A stretch of DNA of 64,000 nt, taken from the NCBI GenBank assembly GCA_963662865.1, contig OY759969.1, positions 2,287,742 through 2,351,741 of the forward strand, given 5' to 3'. The stretch is from Gammaproteobacteria bacterium. GTDB taxonomy: Bacteria > Pseudomonadota > Gammaproteobacteria > JAJDYQ01. Each line of letters opens with the position of its first letter. Within the stretch, counting starts at the first letter, position 1. Positions 38,592 to 48,543 of this stretch are shown one piece after another. The notes under the pieces were generated by a model. It worked only from the letters and a program-made list of their open reading frames with translations, was not told the DNA's origin and ran no database searches. Position numbers and translations under genes: made by a program.

Positions 38592-39464
38592 ATGGAAGAC
38601 CTGCCCACACAGCGCTCGGTACACACCTTTCATGGTCAGGTCTTTATGTGCAAACCTGAATGGCAGAGTAAACTAAAGAAGATCGGGCTATCAAAAGCCG
38701 AAGACTGGACAGCGTTAACCGGCAACCACGCAGTCAGCCGCTCGTACAGCACCCGCATCTCTCGTCTCAGGGTCGATAACCATACAGCGATATATTTCAA
38801 ATGCTATGCATATGAAAAACCCAAATTAAAACACTGGTTCCAGCCGACAAAAGCCGCCGTAGAAGCCGCTGGCTTACATGAATTAAGAAAACTGGGCATC
38901 CCCACAGTCAACATCATCGCATACGGCGAGCGGCGCCGGTTTGGCTTTACCAGGGCCACATTCATCGTGACCGAGGCCATACCCGGCCAGCTTGCAATGG
39001 ATCGTTACCTGACACAAATCCGGTTCCAGTTACCCTACCGCAGAAAAAGAGATGTGTTTGATAAACTACAGCCAATAATAATCGGGCAATTGCAAAAGAT
39101 ACACCGAGCCGGTTTTTTTCACTGGGATCTAAAACTCAGAAACCTGCTGATTACAATACCGGTATCAGACAGACCGTCTATTACGTGGATAGACTGCCCG
39201 CGTTTTCGCCGCAGTTCTCCGGATCGTTTTTTCGGTGTTGTCAAAGACCTGGCTGACATGGCACGTGTCGGTGCCAGGGTATTAACGACAGGACAGCAGT
39301 TTCGTTTTCTGCTTGATTACTGTAACGGAGACAAAACACAGGCAAGAAAATTATACCTCGCCATTGCGAACAGGCTGAAAAAAAATCCGCCCAAATCTTA
39401 CCGGCAGCTCCTGGCAAAAATGAACCTGAACACGTCAAAATGCAAAAGAGAGCGCCTTGATTAG
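38592..39464 (+). CDS. lipopolysaccharide kinase (InaA/Kdo-kinase family) protein
   Basis: FFHWDLKLRNLL catalytic-loop-like motif. The start ATG is 2 nt after the lpxL stop. Confidence 0.6.
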   Translation: MEDLPTQRSVHTFHGQVFMCKPEWQSKLKKIGLSKAEDWTALTGNHAVSRSYSTRISRLRVDNHTAIYFKCYAYEKPKLKHWFQPTKAAVEAAGLHELRKLGIPTVNIIAYGERRRFGFTRATFIVTEAIPGQLAMDRYLTQIRFQLPYRRKRDVFDKLQPIIIGQLQKIHRAGFFHWDLKLRNLLITIPVSDRPSITWIDCPRFRRSSPDRFFGVVKDLADMARVGARVLTTGQQFRFLLDYCNGDKTQARKLYLAIANRLKKNPPKSYRQLLAKMNLNTSKCKRERLD

Positions 39465-40098
39465 TCGGTCACCCAACAAACTGCCCGTTGAGAATATCAG
39501 CTGGCAACAACTGAAGGATCTGACTGATCAAGCCAGGCTCATGGTTGCCGACGGTGCCGGCCTCAAGGTGCTGGAGACCCCGCAGAGCACCATCATCAAA
39601 CTTTTTCGCCGTAAACGCTGGTTCAGTTCGGCGATGTTCGCCCCGTATGCCGTGAGATTCGTAAATAATGCCCTGCGAATAAAAGAACTCGACATCCCCA
39701 CGATTACCCCATTATCCATCAGACACTGCAAGACATCCCGTATCCATGTCGTCGAATATGTAAGGCTCCGCGGCAGGCTGCTCCGGGGAGAGCTTGAGCA
39801 AAATCGGGAACCACAACTGTTCGTGAAGACTGCACAGTTCATCGCCGATTTACACTACAAAGGCATTTACTTCCGTTCCCTGCACTTTGAAAATATTGTT
39901 GTCGCCGATGATGGCCTCGGACTCATTGATGTAGCGGACATGAAAATTTATCCTGAACCACTGAGCACCTCTTTGAGAAAAAGAAATTTTCAGCATTTTC
40001 TGCGTTACCCGCAGGACAGGAGGTTGCTCAACGCCTATGGCATGGAGCACTTTAACAACCAATACGACACACATCTGAAATCATTGATAAATACCTGA
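39457..40098 (+). CDS. Kdo/LPS-core kinase-like protein (KdkA/RfaY-like)
   Basis: HYKGIYFRSLHFENIVV ... LIDVADMK kinase-like core. 213 aa. Confidence 0.5.
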   Translation: MISRSPNKLPVENISWQQLKDLTDQARLMVADGAGLKVLETPQSTIIKLFRRKRWFSSAMFAPYAVRFVNNALRIKELDIPTITPLSIRHCKTSRIHVVEYVRLRGRLLRGELEQNREPQLFVKTAQFIADLHYKGIYFRSLHFENIVVADDGLGLIDVADMKIYPEPLSTSLRKRNFQHFLRYPQDRRLLNAYGMEHFNNQYDTHLKSLINT

Positions 40099-40313
40099 TT
40101 ATCAGCCGCCTTTCTAACGGGTTATACTGGCATCGTGGACAGTACGCTACCAGGGATCTCCCATATACCCATCATCGACGACAATCGTCGGGTTGTTGCC
40201 ACTTTACCTGTTAGCTTCACGAAACAAGCCGGACCCGCGTCGGATAAACCGCAATCAACAACCGCTTCCAACCGATCGGCACTCAGCTCAAACCCACGCC
40301 CCCGCCACAAAGT

Positions 40314-41195
40314 ATGAAATCGGCAGACGATCCCGGACCCAACACGCCGCTGCCGGATACCCGGGGCATGACAGAATTAGGCAAGTACAGCATACAGGCC
40401 TGTATCGGCAAAGGTGCCACAGCGTGGGTTTACCGGGTGATCCGCAAAACCGACAACAAAATCATGGCGCTAAAACTATATCGGCCTGGGACTTCCAAGG
40501 ACCCGGAATCACGCAACCGGTTTATCCGCGAGTTTGAGCTCATCAAGGGTATAGATCATCCGAATATCGTCAAGATGTACGAACTCGGCGTACAAAACAA
40601 CAATATTTACTCTGTCATGGAGATATTGCCGGCCGGCGCCCTCAAACAAAAGATGGCCAGCGGTTTGTCCATGGGGCAAGCCGTTCATTATGCCGCACAT
40701 ATTGCCGCTGCGTTGTATGCGATCCATCAGTGTGGCGTCATCCACCGGGATCTCAAACCGACCAACATCCTGCTCCGTGAAGATGGATCACTGGCCCTGA
40801 TTGACTTTGGAATCGCAAAATTAATCAGAAGCGACAGCTCCACACAGATTAACCCAGGTACAGTGGTCGGCACCCCTACCTATGTCAGCCCGGAACAGGC
40901 CATGGGAAATGAGCTGGATGGCCGTACCGACTTATATACACTTGGTATTATTCTTTACGAAATGCTTGAAGGCCGGAGACTTTTTTACGGTGCCTCGGCA
41001 ATGGACGTCATGTATGCACATGTCAACTCACCGGTACCCGGACTATCTCAGGATTACGGTGGACTGAACAACATCGTGATGCGCCTGCTGGAGAAACAAC
41101 CGCATAATCGCTATGCCACTGGTCTGGAGGTACTACAGGCACTACAGCGGTCATGCCCGGACCACGTTGACAAACTGCTTTTCAGGATATTGTGA
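40314..41195 (+). CDS. Hanks-type serine/threonine protein kinase
   Basis: GKGATAWVYRV, ALKLY, HRDLKPTNILL, DFGIAK and SPEQ. An alternative start is MTELGKYSI at 40365. Confidence 0.85.
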   Translation: MKSADDPGPNTPLPDTRGMTELGKYSIQACIGKGATAWVYRVIRKTDNKIMALKLYRPGTSKDPESRNRFIREFELIKGIDHPNIVKMYELGVQNNNIYSVMEILPAGALKQKMASGLSMGQAVHYAAHIAAALYAIHQCGVIHRDLKPTNILLREDGSLALIDFGIAKLIRSDSSTQINPGTVVGTPTYVSPEQAMGNELDGRTDLYTLGIILYEMLEGRRLFYGASAMDVMYAHVNSPVPGLSQDYGGLNNIVMRLLEKQPHNRYATGLEVLQALQRSCPDHVDKLLFRIL

Positions 41196-42006
41196 CGACA
41201 TTGTCGGCAACAGCCTCGGGTCTGGCATCGCCTCGGATCGACTGACAAATCGGGCATTTTGGGTCAACGGCGATCTTTATTTCACGCCACCGCAGACCCA
41301 GGGCATCAAGAATCTGCAAACGTCCGGATAATGTAGTACCGATTCGCGTAATCAGCTTAATGGCTTCCAGGGCCTGCATACTGCCGATAATACCAACCAG
41401 GGGCGCAATGATACCATTTTGACTACAGGTCTCTTCCACCTCGCCCGTAACCGGATAGAGACATTGATAACAAGGACTGCTTTCCTGTCGAGGGTCATAT
41501 ACCATCACCTGCCCCTCAAATCGTATCGCCGCCCCTGAAACCAGCGGCACCCGACAGGTGACACAGGCGCGATTAATGGCAAAGCGGGCCTCAAAGTTAT
41601 CGGTGCAGTCGAGGACGGCGCTGACCCGAGGCACAAGCCTGGCAAGCTGTTCTGAATCAATACGACCAGCGACCGCATCAACGGTGCACTCCGGATTGAT
41701 AGCGCCCAGCGAGGCCTTGAGGGACTCGGCCTTTAACCGGCCAAGATCAACCATGGTATGCGCCAGTTGCCTTTGCAGGTTCGTCAGTTCAACCTTATCG
41801 TCATCGGCAATAATAATCCCGCCGATCCCGGAAGCCGCTAGATACATGGATACCGGGCAACCCAGGCCGCCCGACCCCACTACCAGCACACTGGCCTCGC
41901 GCAGCCGCTGTTGACCCTCTATCCCAAGCTGCGGCAGCATAATCTGACGAGAATAACGCAGCAATTGCTCGTCGTTCATCCCATTCTGGCTGGCGGCATC
42001 AATCAT
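41182..42006 (-). CDS. moeB: molybdopterin-synthase adenylyltransferase (ThiF/MoeB family)
   Basis: VLVVGSGGLGCPVSMYLAASGIG and the CxxC pairs of the E1-like family. Confidence 0.85.
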   Translation of the reverse strand: MIDAASQNGMNDEQLLRYSRQIMLPQLGIEGQQRLREASVLVVGSGGLGCPVSMYLAASGIGGIIIADDDKVELTNLQRQLAHTMVDLGRLKAESLKASLGAINPECTVDAVAGRIDSEQLARLVPRVSAVLDCTDNFEARFAINRACVTCRVPLVSGAAIRFEGQVMVYDPRQESSPCYQCLYPVTGEVEETCSQNGIIAPLVGIIGSMQALEAIKLITRIGTTLSGRLQILDALGLRWREIKIAVDPKCPICQSIRGDARPEAVADNVVTIS

Positions 42007-42898
42007 TATCAGGACCCCTGGCCTGTGTTACACGCTCATTTCCGGCCAGGTCCAAAGCGGTCCGGATATTACCGTACCCGGCCTGTCCGAGTAAGCCGCG
42101 CACGGCCTCTGCCTGGTTATAACCATGCTCCATCACCAGCCAGCCGCCCGGTTTGAGGAATTTCAGGGCATTGTCGATCAGGTAACGGATGCAATCCAGG
42201 CCATCCTCCCCCGCAATCAGGGCATCGTCGGGGTCAAAGCGCACATCGCCCCGCAGCAGGTGCGGGTCGCCTTCGGCAACATAAGGAGGATTACTGACGA
42301 TGGCATCAAAGCCATGGGGCCTGTACCCCGCCAGAGAATCGGTACACCTGAAAAGGATATGCGGAGTATGGGTTAAAGCCGCATTCTCCGCAGCCACTTT
42401 CAATACCGCCTCTGACATATCCATGGCATGGACCTGCCAGGCGGGCCTTTCATGCACGAGCGCGATGGCGACGGCACCGCTTCCCGTGCCAAAATCCAGG
42501 ATACTCGCCTTCTCAGGCAGATTCAGCGACAGAGTCCGTTCAACCAGATGTTCGGTTTCCGGCCTGGGGATCAAGGTATCCGGAGTCACTTTCAGCCGCA
42601 GACCCCAGAACTCGCGACAGCCGGTTAAATGGGCCACCGGCCTTCCTTGAGCGCGCTCATCAATTAAGCGCCGAAACTCCTCCAGTACATCAACCGGGAA
42701 TTCATCATCCGAGTGCGCGATGAACCACGCCCGGTCCCGTTGCAACACATGGCCGGCCAGCGCCCGCACATCCGCATAAGGTTCATCGGTAAAGGCAGCC
42801 AGCCTGGAACCGGCTGCATCCATTGCCTGTTTAACAGAATCCGTCACCGCGCAAATAAAATCACAACAGCGACGCCCAGTCGCGGGACGTATCCGCAA
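41999..42898 (-). CDS. prmC: peptide chain release factor N5-glutamine methyltransferase
   Basis: LDFGTGSGAVAIAL ... SNPPY. Confidence 0.85.
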   Translation of the reverse strand: MRIRPATGRRCCDFICAVTDSVKQAMDAAGSRLAAFTDEPYADVRALAGHVLQRDRAWFIAHSDDEFPVDVLEEFRRLIDERAQGRPVAHLTGCREFWGLRLKVTPDTLIPRPETEHLVERTLSLNLPEKASILDFGTGSGAVAIALVHERPAWQVHAMDMSEAVLKVAAENAALTHTPHILFRCTDSLAGYRPHGFDAIVSNPPYVAEGDPHLLRGDVRFDPDDALIAGEDGLDCIRYLIDNALKFLKPGGWLVMEHGYNQAEAVRGLLGQAGYGNIRTALDLAGNERVTQARGPDND

Positions 42899-43655
42899 TC
42901 ACCATAAAATGCGGATTCAAGAGAGACTCTTTCATATTGTATCGCATGGGCTGCATATCCAATGTCACCAGCCGACCACCGGCCGCCTCCACAATAGCCT
43001 GCGCAGCCGCCGTATCCCACTCGGACGTTGACCCAAAACGTGGGTAAATATCGGCCTTCCCCTCGGCAATCAGACAGCTTTTCAAAGAACTGTCCATACT
43101 GATCAGTTGATAGTCACCGACTTTTCCTAGAAATTCTTCCAGTGTGTCGCCACGATGCGAGCGACTACCGAGGATTATCAGAGGACCTTCCGGTAACTCT
43201 CGGACCGTAATTGTTTCTTTCGTACCCCCGCCTGCCTGTTTCCAAGAACCGAAGTCTCTGGCTCCAGCGTAGGTAATATCCGGTACCGGCGCATAAATCA
43301 CCCCCATAGTGGGTTGACTACCCTCAATCAGCGCGATATTTACCGTGAACTCATCGCTGCGCCTGACGAACCCGCGTGTACCGTCCAGAGGATCGACCAG
43401 CCAATAGGTCTGCCATTGTGACCGGGTTGCAAACGAGATACCGGTGGACTCCTCTGACAGCACGGGTATGGTCGGCGTAAGCACCCCCAGCCTCTCTACA
43501 ATCAAGTTATGTGCCGCCATGTCAGCCGCCGTCAGAGGGGACTTATCATCCTTTTTTTCAACATCGAAATCAGTCTGGTAGATCTCCAGGATTTTGCTGC
43601 CCGCCTCCATGCCGATGTCCATCACGGCGGGCATTAATTCGGAATAGTCAATCAT
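42861..43655 (-). CDS. cysQ: 3'(2'),5'-bisphosphate nucleotidase
   Basis: WLVDPLDGT inositol-monophosphatase-family motif. 264 aa. Confidence 0.85.
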   Translation of the reverse strand: MIDYSELMPAVMDIGMEAGSKILEIYQTDFDVEKKDDKSPLTAADMAAHNLIVERLGVLTPTIPVLSEESTGISFATRSQWQTYWLVDPLDGTRGFVRRSDEFTVNIALIEGSQPTMGVIYAPVPDITYAGARDFGSWKQAGGGTKETITVRELPEGPLIILGSRSHRGDTLEEFLGKVGDYQLISMDSSLKSCLIAEGKADIYPRFGSTSEWDTAAAQAIVEAAGGRLVTLDMQPMRYNMKESLLNPHFMVIADTSRDWASLL

Positions 43656-43748
43656 AATAAATCCGTTTATCCCTCAAAAATCAGTCGGGCCATGAGCCAC
43701 TCCAAGCCATCCTGAATAAAAGCCCGACGGGCAAAACATAATAACCCG

Positions 43749-44153
43749 CTACCCCCTCCAACCCTTAAATTTCTTTCGGCAATAGCGGTTGATCGAATCG
43801 TAATCAGGGAAGTGCAACAACCAGTGTTTATCAGCCGGCTCATCATACTCACACCAGTCATTCGAATAATCCCGGCAAACCTGTGGACGGGTTTCATAGA
43901 TACCGCAACGACCGTCGGGCAATAATTTTTCACAGGTTGTGGTGAAGATCACGTACCACGTCTTATCAGAGTCCTTATAAACTTCAACGCCTTTGTGTAA
44001 TACCTGCCAGGCCAGAACCTCGAATTCATACCGGGTTCCGGGCGGATCAATTTCCTGAGTAACATAATGACAGCATTTTGCCCCTTCACAAAAGCTGCAT
44101 TTATTGTCGGCGCTAACCTCAACCTTGAGTTTCCTGTTTTTTCCCTTCGGCAC
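43749..44153 (-). CDS. YkgJ/UPF0153-family cysteine-cluster protein
   Basis: CSFCEGAKCC ... DGRCGIYETRPQVCRDY. Confidence 0.6.
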   Translation of the reverse strand: MPKGKNRKLKVEVSADNKCSFCEGAKCCHYVTQEIDPPGTRYEFEVLAWQVLHKGVEVYKDSDKTWYVIFTTTCEKLLPDGRCGIYETRPQVCRDYSNDWCEYDEPADKHWLLHFPDYDSINRYCRKKFKGWRG

Positions 44154-44256
44154 GGTAGAAGAAATTCAATAACAAAAAGTTTATAATACGCACACCTTAC
44201 ATGAATTGAACCAAAATGCGAACCACCCTGAAAACCACCTCGCCGGGAGTCCAGCC

Positions 44257-45069
44257 ATGAGCTGGTGGGGAAAAGTTGTCGGTGGCGCTGTCGGCCTGAT
44301 GATGGGCGGTCCTTTGGGAGCCGCGCTTGGTGTGGCATTGGGGCATCAGTTCGATCACGGTTTTCAAGAAGTACTATCAGACAGTAACCCCAGTCAGGCC
44401 GACATGGAAAAAATCCAGGCGGCGTTTTTTACTGCCACCTTTTCCGTTATGGGCCATCTCGCAAGAGTTGACGGTCGTATCAGTAAAGACGAAATCAATA
44501 TGGCTGAACAGGTCATGCAACAAATGCAGCTCAATAATGACCAGCGCAGGGCTGCAATAAATCTCTTTAACGAAGGCAAAAATCCGGACTTCATCATTGA
44601 TGAAGCACTGCGACAATTCCGTCAAGTGGCACACCGCCGTACCAACCTGCTGCAAATGTTCCTTGAAATCCAGGTCTATGCCGCCTTCGCCGACGGGTTG
44701 CTACACCCCAGGGAAGAGGAAATGTTGCAGCATATTTTCCGCATGCTCGGCTTTAGTCATTTCGACTTTGAAATCATTGTCGGACGTGTACAGGCCGAGA
44801 TGCACCTCGGTGATCGTCAGCAACGCCAGTCCGGCCCGACAACTCAATCCATCGTCAGCGACCAGGACGCCTACACCATACTCGGCGTGCACCAAAACGC
44901 AGACAACAAAGACATCAAAAAAGCCTACCGCCGTTTAATGAACCAACACCACCCCGACAAACTGGTTGCTAAAGGTCTGCCGGAAGAAATGATTGAAATG
45001 GCGACCACAAAGACCCATAAAATTCGTGCGGCATATGACCATATCAAATTATTGCGCGGATTAAAGTAA
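44257..45069 (+). CDS. djlA: co-chaperone DjlA (TM segment, TerB-like domain and C-terminal J domain)
   Basis: MSWWGKVVGGAVGLMMGGPLGAALGVALGHQFD ... J-domain DAYTILGVHQNADNKDIKKAYRRLMNQHHPDK. Confidence 0.85.
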   Translation: MSWWGKVVGGAVGLMMGGPLGAALGVALGHQFDHGFQEVLSDSNPSQADMEKIQAAFFTATFSVMGHLARVDGRISKDEINMAEQVMQQMQLNNDQRRAAINLFNEGKNPDFIIDEALRQFRQVAHRRTNLLQMFLEIQVYAAFADGLLHPREEEMLQHIFRMLGFSHFDFEIIVGRVQAEMHLGDRQQRQSGPTTQSIVSDQDAYTILGVHQNADNKDIKKAYRRLMNQHHPDKLVAKGLPEEMIEMATTKTHKIRAAYDHIKLLRGLK

Positions 45070-45127
45070 AATCCTTATCCCGGACCGCAAAAACATATTG
45101 GCCGGAAAACCCCGATTAATGCAGAAC

Positions 45128-45154
45128 ACAAAAAACGCACGGCTGTTTTCCGTG
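45128..45154 (-). terminator. rho-independent terminator for the hydrolase gene
   Basis: Minus-strand hairpin CACGGAAAACAGCCGTG followed by CGTTTTTTGTGTT. Confidence 0.5.
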
Positions 45155-45216
45155 TCCTGAAATACAAGCAAGTCGGCGGCCCCTGTAAAAGGTCAATCGC
45201 CCAAAAGGCCGATCAC

Positions 45217-46023
45217 CTACAAACTCTCCAGCCATTTCAGGATCTCGTCACCCAGCGCATCAACATCCCTCTGCATACTGTAATAGTGATCCGCGCCATT
45301 GATCATGACCTGCTCAGACTTGTCATTGCCCGCTTTGCGCAGCATGGACCGGCGATCCAGAGCGAGCCTGCGTACCGCCGGAAAATCGTTACTGCCATAG
45401 ATATCCAGTATCGGCTTGCCGATCCTGTCCAGCGGCAAAGGCCGTCTCATTGGCTGCCTGTAATCAGTGGCGCCCATGCCGACACCAATATAGGCGTCAA
45501 AATCCCCATCGCCATTTTCACGGACATAGCTCATGGCCATATGAGTACCACAACTATGCGCCAGTATGACCACGCTCCCATAGCCCGAGTCACGCAGATA
45601 TCGAATTCCCGCCGCAATTCGCCCCCGCGCCTCAGGAAAGACAGGCACATAATCATAATATCTGGCCTCCTTACCGAGTACAGGCATTTGCAGGGATAAA
45701 GTCGCCCAGCCCTCTTCCGGTAGCCTCTCGCGCAGCGGCTGCACAACAGCCGGCCATACCGGATGGTAACCACGACCATGCAGAATCAGAACCGCACCTT
45801 TCAGCTGGTCGGCATCCGATTCGGTCATGACCGCGAGAAAATCGCGCTCACCGTCGTTCAGGTCAATCGGGTCGCCGACCACAATGGCATCGACAATCTC
45901 ATCTCTGAGACGCAGCTCCCGGTCATAATCAGGCGCATTGGCAGCCTGCAACGATAACGCCGATGAAGTGCAGGCGATGAGTAACATCCCGGTCAGACCG
46001 TTCTTTGTTAAACACACTGTCAT
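45217..46023 (-). CDS. secreted alpha/beta-hydrolase-fold protein
   Basis: Signal peptide. ILAHSCGTHMAMSY nucleophile-elbow-like motif. Confidence 0.6.
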   Translation of the reverse strand: MTVCLTKNGLTGMLLIACTSSALSLQAANAPDYDRELRLRDEIVDAIVVGDPIDLNDGERDFLAVMTESDADQLKGAVLILHGRGYHPVWPAVVQPLRERLPEEGWATLSLQMPVLGKEARYYDYVPVFPEARGRIAAGIRYLRDSGYGSVVILAHSCGTHMAMSYVRENGDGDFDAYIGVGMGATDYRQPMRRPLPLDRIGKPILDIYGSNDFPAVRRLALDRRSMLRKAGNDKSEQVMINGADHYYSMQRDVDALGDEILKWLESL

Positions 46024-46200
46024 TCCCCTTCCTCATGCACAGGCAAACCCAGGGACACGCCGATAATACCAGAATCATGGCCGGGATGACGCCCCCCAAC
46101 AGCGACCACCTGAACGAAAGGAGCGTACAGCATGAGCCGGGTTTAAGACCCAGGCAGGCCGGAAAATCGGATAGTCTGGTAATCAACACACAGTATGATT

Positions 46201-46250
46201 AAGACTGGCCTGCAAGCATCCACGCAGGCTGCGACTTTGTCTCATGGCAA
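46201..46250. repeat. left imperfect direct repeat flanking the dCD-like gene insertion
   Basis: AAGACTGGCCTGCAAGC...CACGCAGGCTGCGACTTTGTCTCATGGCA versus AAAACTGGCCTGGAACGCC...CCATGCAGGTCGCGACTTTGTCTCATAGCA at 47531..47602. Confidence 0.7.
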
Positions 46251-46509
46251 CTAATCAGGAAAGGTTTACAATGTGTTCCGGAAGGGATACCCTCGCTCAC
46301 ATGACAGTTATGGACCCGCAACCGGCCCAATAGCCGGCCGAAACAGCGGGTTGACATATTCGTAAAATGCACCACAAGCGCCATAGACAATATAATCCGC
46401 GTCGGCCCTGCCGCCCGGATCTGCCTCCGTCGCCGCTCAGACGGTCAATGCCGACGGTTTCCGCACCGTTATTCGGCCCGCCAATAGTATGGTACGCGCA
46501 TAGCCGGGT

Positions 46510-47496
46510 TTGATCATGTCAAAATTAATTGCAGACCGGGAAATAAGTCAGTTAATCGGTAGCGTCCTGATCGATGCCGATGAAAGTTACTTAAATCCTA
46601 ATGGTATTGAGCTTCGCTTGGGGAAACACATTTACTTCCATTCGACTAATGAGGAATGTGAACTGGCACCTGAGCAATTTTTAGTTGTCAGGCCAGGTGA
46701 AAATGTCATTATTACAAGCCATGAAGAGATTGATTTCTCTGAAAAAACCGTTCAACAACACTTTCCGGATTGCATGCTGATGGGTTGGGTGACACCAACG
46801 ACAACGATGATGAGAGAAGGGATTTCCCAGATTACCACAAAAGTGGATTCTGGCTATGTCGGCCAGCTTAACTGGAGGCTGCGTAATGGTTCGACAAAAG
46901 ATCTCATTCTCGGTTATGGGGAACCCGTCTATAAACTAACCCTGGAATTGCTTAAAGAAGATGAAAAGCCTGACAAGCCTTATGGAGAACGGGAACGGGA
47001 CACCTATCAGGACAATAAAGGCATCAAGCATTCTACCCGGCAAATACCCGCACAAATCCCCGAGAATAAAAAAGTAAAATCCAGCTTTGAAAGCTCTGAC
47101 CCGGTCAAACAGCTAAAAGACGCAGGATATCCCTTCAACCACATCAGTACTGAACTGATCGCATTGCGAGGTGATATCGAAACCGTATCGAAAGATTTCG
47201 GCAACTTGAAAAGAGAAATTGACCAGCTCGGCAATAAAATAGATAAAGAAACCAAAACACTGGCCGATAAAATTCAGGAAGCACAGCAAAACCTTATGCA
47301 AAATGCAGAAAATTTATTCAATAATAAATTCAATAAAATAACAGGCATCCTTATAGGCTCGTTAGTCATTATAGCAAGCGTTACTGCCTACTTCTCGAAA
47401 AGCAACATCGACGATAACGTCTTATTATTAGGAGGATTAATTGCTGGTATTATGATTATCCTCATAATAGTCGGCCTCAATAAAGCCGATAAATAA
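46510..47496 (+). CDS. dCTP deaminase/dUTPase-fold domain protein fused to a coiled-coil and two C-terminal transmembrane helices
   Basis: N-terminal roughly 160 aa are colinear with Dcd: LIADREISQLIGSVLI, IELRLGKHIYF, VRPGENVIITSHEEIDFS, WVTPTTTMMREGISQITTKVDSGYVGQLNWRLRN and GEPVYKLTLEL. This is followed by a KE-rich coiled-coil and the hydrophobic segments ITGILIGSLVIIASVTAYF and LLLGGLIAGIMIILIIVGL. Confidence 0.7.
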   Translation: MIMSKLIADREISQLIGSVLIDADESYLNPNGIELRLGKHIYFHSTNEECELAPEQFLVVRPGENVIITSHEEIDFSEKTVQQHFPDCMLMGWVTPTTTMMREGISQITTKVDSGYVGQLNWRLRNGSTKDLILGYGEPVYKLTLELLKEDEKPDKPYGERERDTYQDNKGIKHSTRQIPAQIPENKKVKSSFESSDPVKQLKDAGYPFNHISTELIALRGDIETVSKDFGNLKREIDQLGNKIDKETKTLADKIQEAQQNLMQNAENLFNNKFNKITGILIGSLVIIASVTAYFSKSNIDDNVLLLGGLIAGIMIILIIVGLNKADK

Positions 47497-47530
47497 CATT
47501 AAACTATCCGAACGCTTGGTGCCGGGAGGA

Positions 47531-47602
47531 TAAAACTGGCCTGGAACGCCCATGGACGACCGACAGCAACCCATGCAGGTCGCGACTTTGTCTCATAGCA
47601 GG
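47531..47602. repeat. right imperfect direct repeat flanking the dCD-like gene insertion
   Basis: See the left copy at 46201..46250. This copy carries a 20-bp insertion between the two conserved blocks. Confidence 0.7.
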
Positions 47603-47777
47603 CGGTTACCGATGCGGCCAGCCAGTTCAAGAGTGAGTTCGACCATCTGAGAAAGGGCACTATATGGTGGACTCATACAGCACCTGGACAACAATTAGCG
47701 GCTTCATATAGAATGCCCCGCCTTTTCACCGCCACCGATGTCGGCGGACATAATTAACCGTTTTTTCGAGGTGCGAC

Positions 47778-48482
47778 ATGCAGAACTATGCCATTGCCCC
47801 ATCCATTCTTTCAGCCGATTTTGCCAGACTGGGCGATGAAGTGAACAGGGTTATTGCCTCTGGTGCCGATATCGTGCATTTCGACGTAATGGATAATCAC
47901 TATGTTCCCAACCTGACTATCGGGCCTCTGGTCTGCGATGCACTGCGCAAGCACGGCGTAACGGCTGAAATTGATGTTCATCTGATGGTCAAACCGGTGG
48001 ACCGCATCATTCCTGATTTCGCCAAAGCCGGTGCCAGTTACATCACCTTCCATCCGGAAGGTTCCGAGCATATTGATAGTTCCCTGCAACTCATCAAAAA
48101 AGAAGGCTGTAAATGTGGCCTGGTATTCAATCCGGCAACGTCGCTGGACTACCTGCGTTACACCATCGACAGGATCGACATGGTGCTGCTGATGTCCGTA
48201 AATCCGGGTTTTGGGGGCCAGAGCTTCATTTCCACCGCGCTGGATAAACTGCGTGAAGCCCGCCGCATCATCGACCAGTCCGGCCGTGACATCCGCCTGG
48301 AAATCGACGGCGGTGTGAAGATCGACAATATCCGTAAAATCGCTGAGGCGGGTGCCGATACTTTCGTAGCCGGTTCCGCCATTTTCGGCGCGGCCTGCGG
48401 CAGCGATCCAAACAGTTACGATACCGTTATCAAGGCGATGCGGAACGAGCTTGCGAAAGCCGAGGTCGTTGGAGCGGCCTGA
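47778..48482 (+). CDS. rpe: ribulose-phosphate 3-epimerase
   Basis: [31 protein letters not shown] and SVNPGFGGQ. Confidence 0.9.
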   Translation: MQNYAIAPSILSADFARLGDEVNRVIASGADIVHFDVMDNHYVPNLTIGPLVCDALRKHGVTAEIDVHLMVKPVDRIIPDFAKAGASYITFHPEGSEHIDSSLQLIKKEGCKCGLVFNPATSLDYLRYTIDRIDMVLLMSVNPGFGGQSFISTALDKLREARRIIDQSGRDIRLEIDGGVKIDNIRKIAEAGADTFVAGSAIFGAACGSDPNSYDTVIKAMRNELAKAEVVGAA

Positions 48483-48543
48483 CCATCAGTTCATCGAACC
48501 ATACAGGCGCGACCCGGATCACCAGAACCCGCCTTTTTCCATT

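Noticed and set aside
41182-42006. MoeB/ThiF-like E1 as part of a ubiquitin-like defence module (6A/6E-type)
   Set aside because: No adjacent E2/JAB/Ubl genes. The context (prmC, cysQ) and the CxxC pairs fit ordinary molybdopterin-synthase adenylyltransferase.
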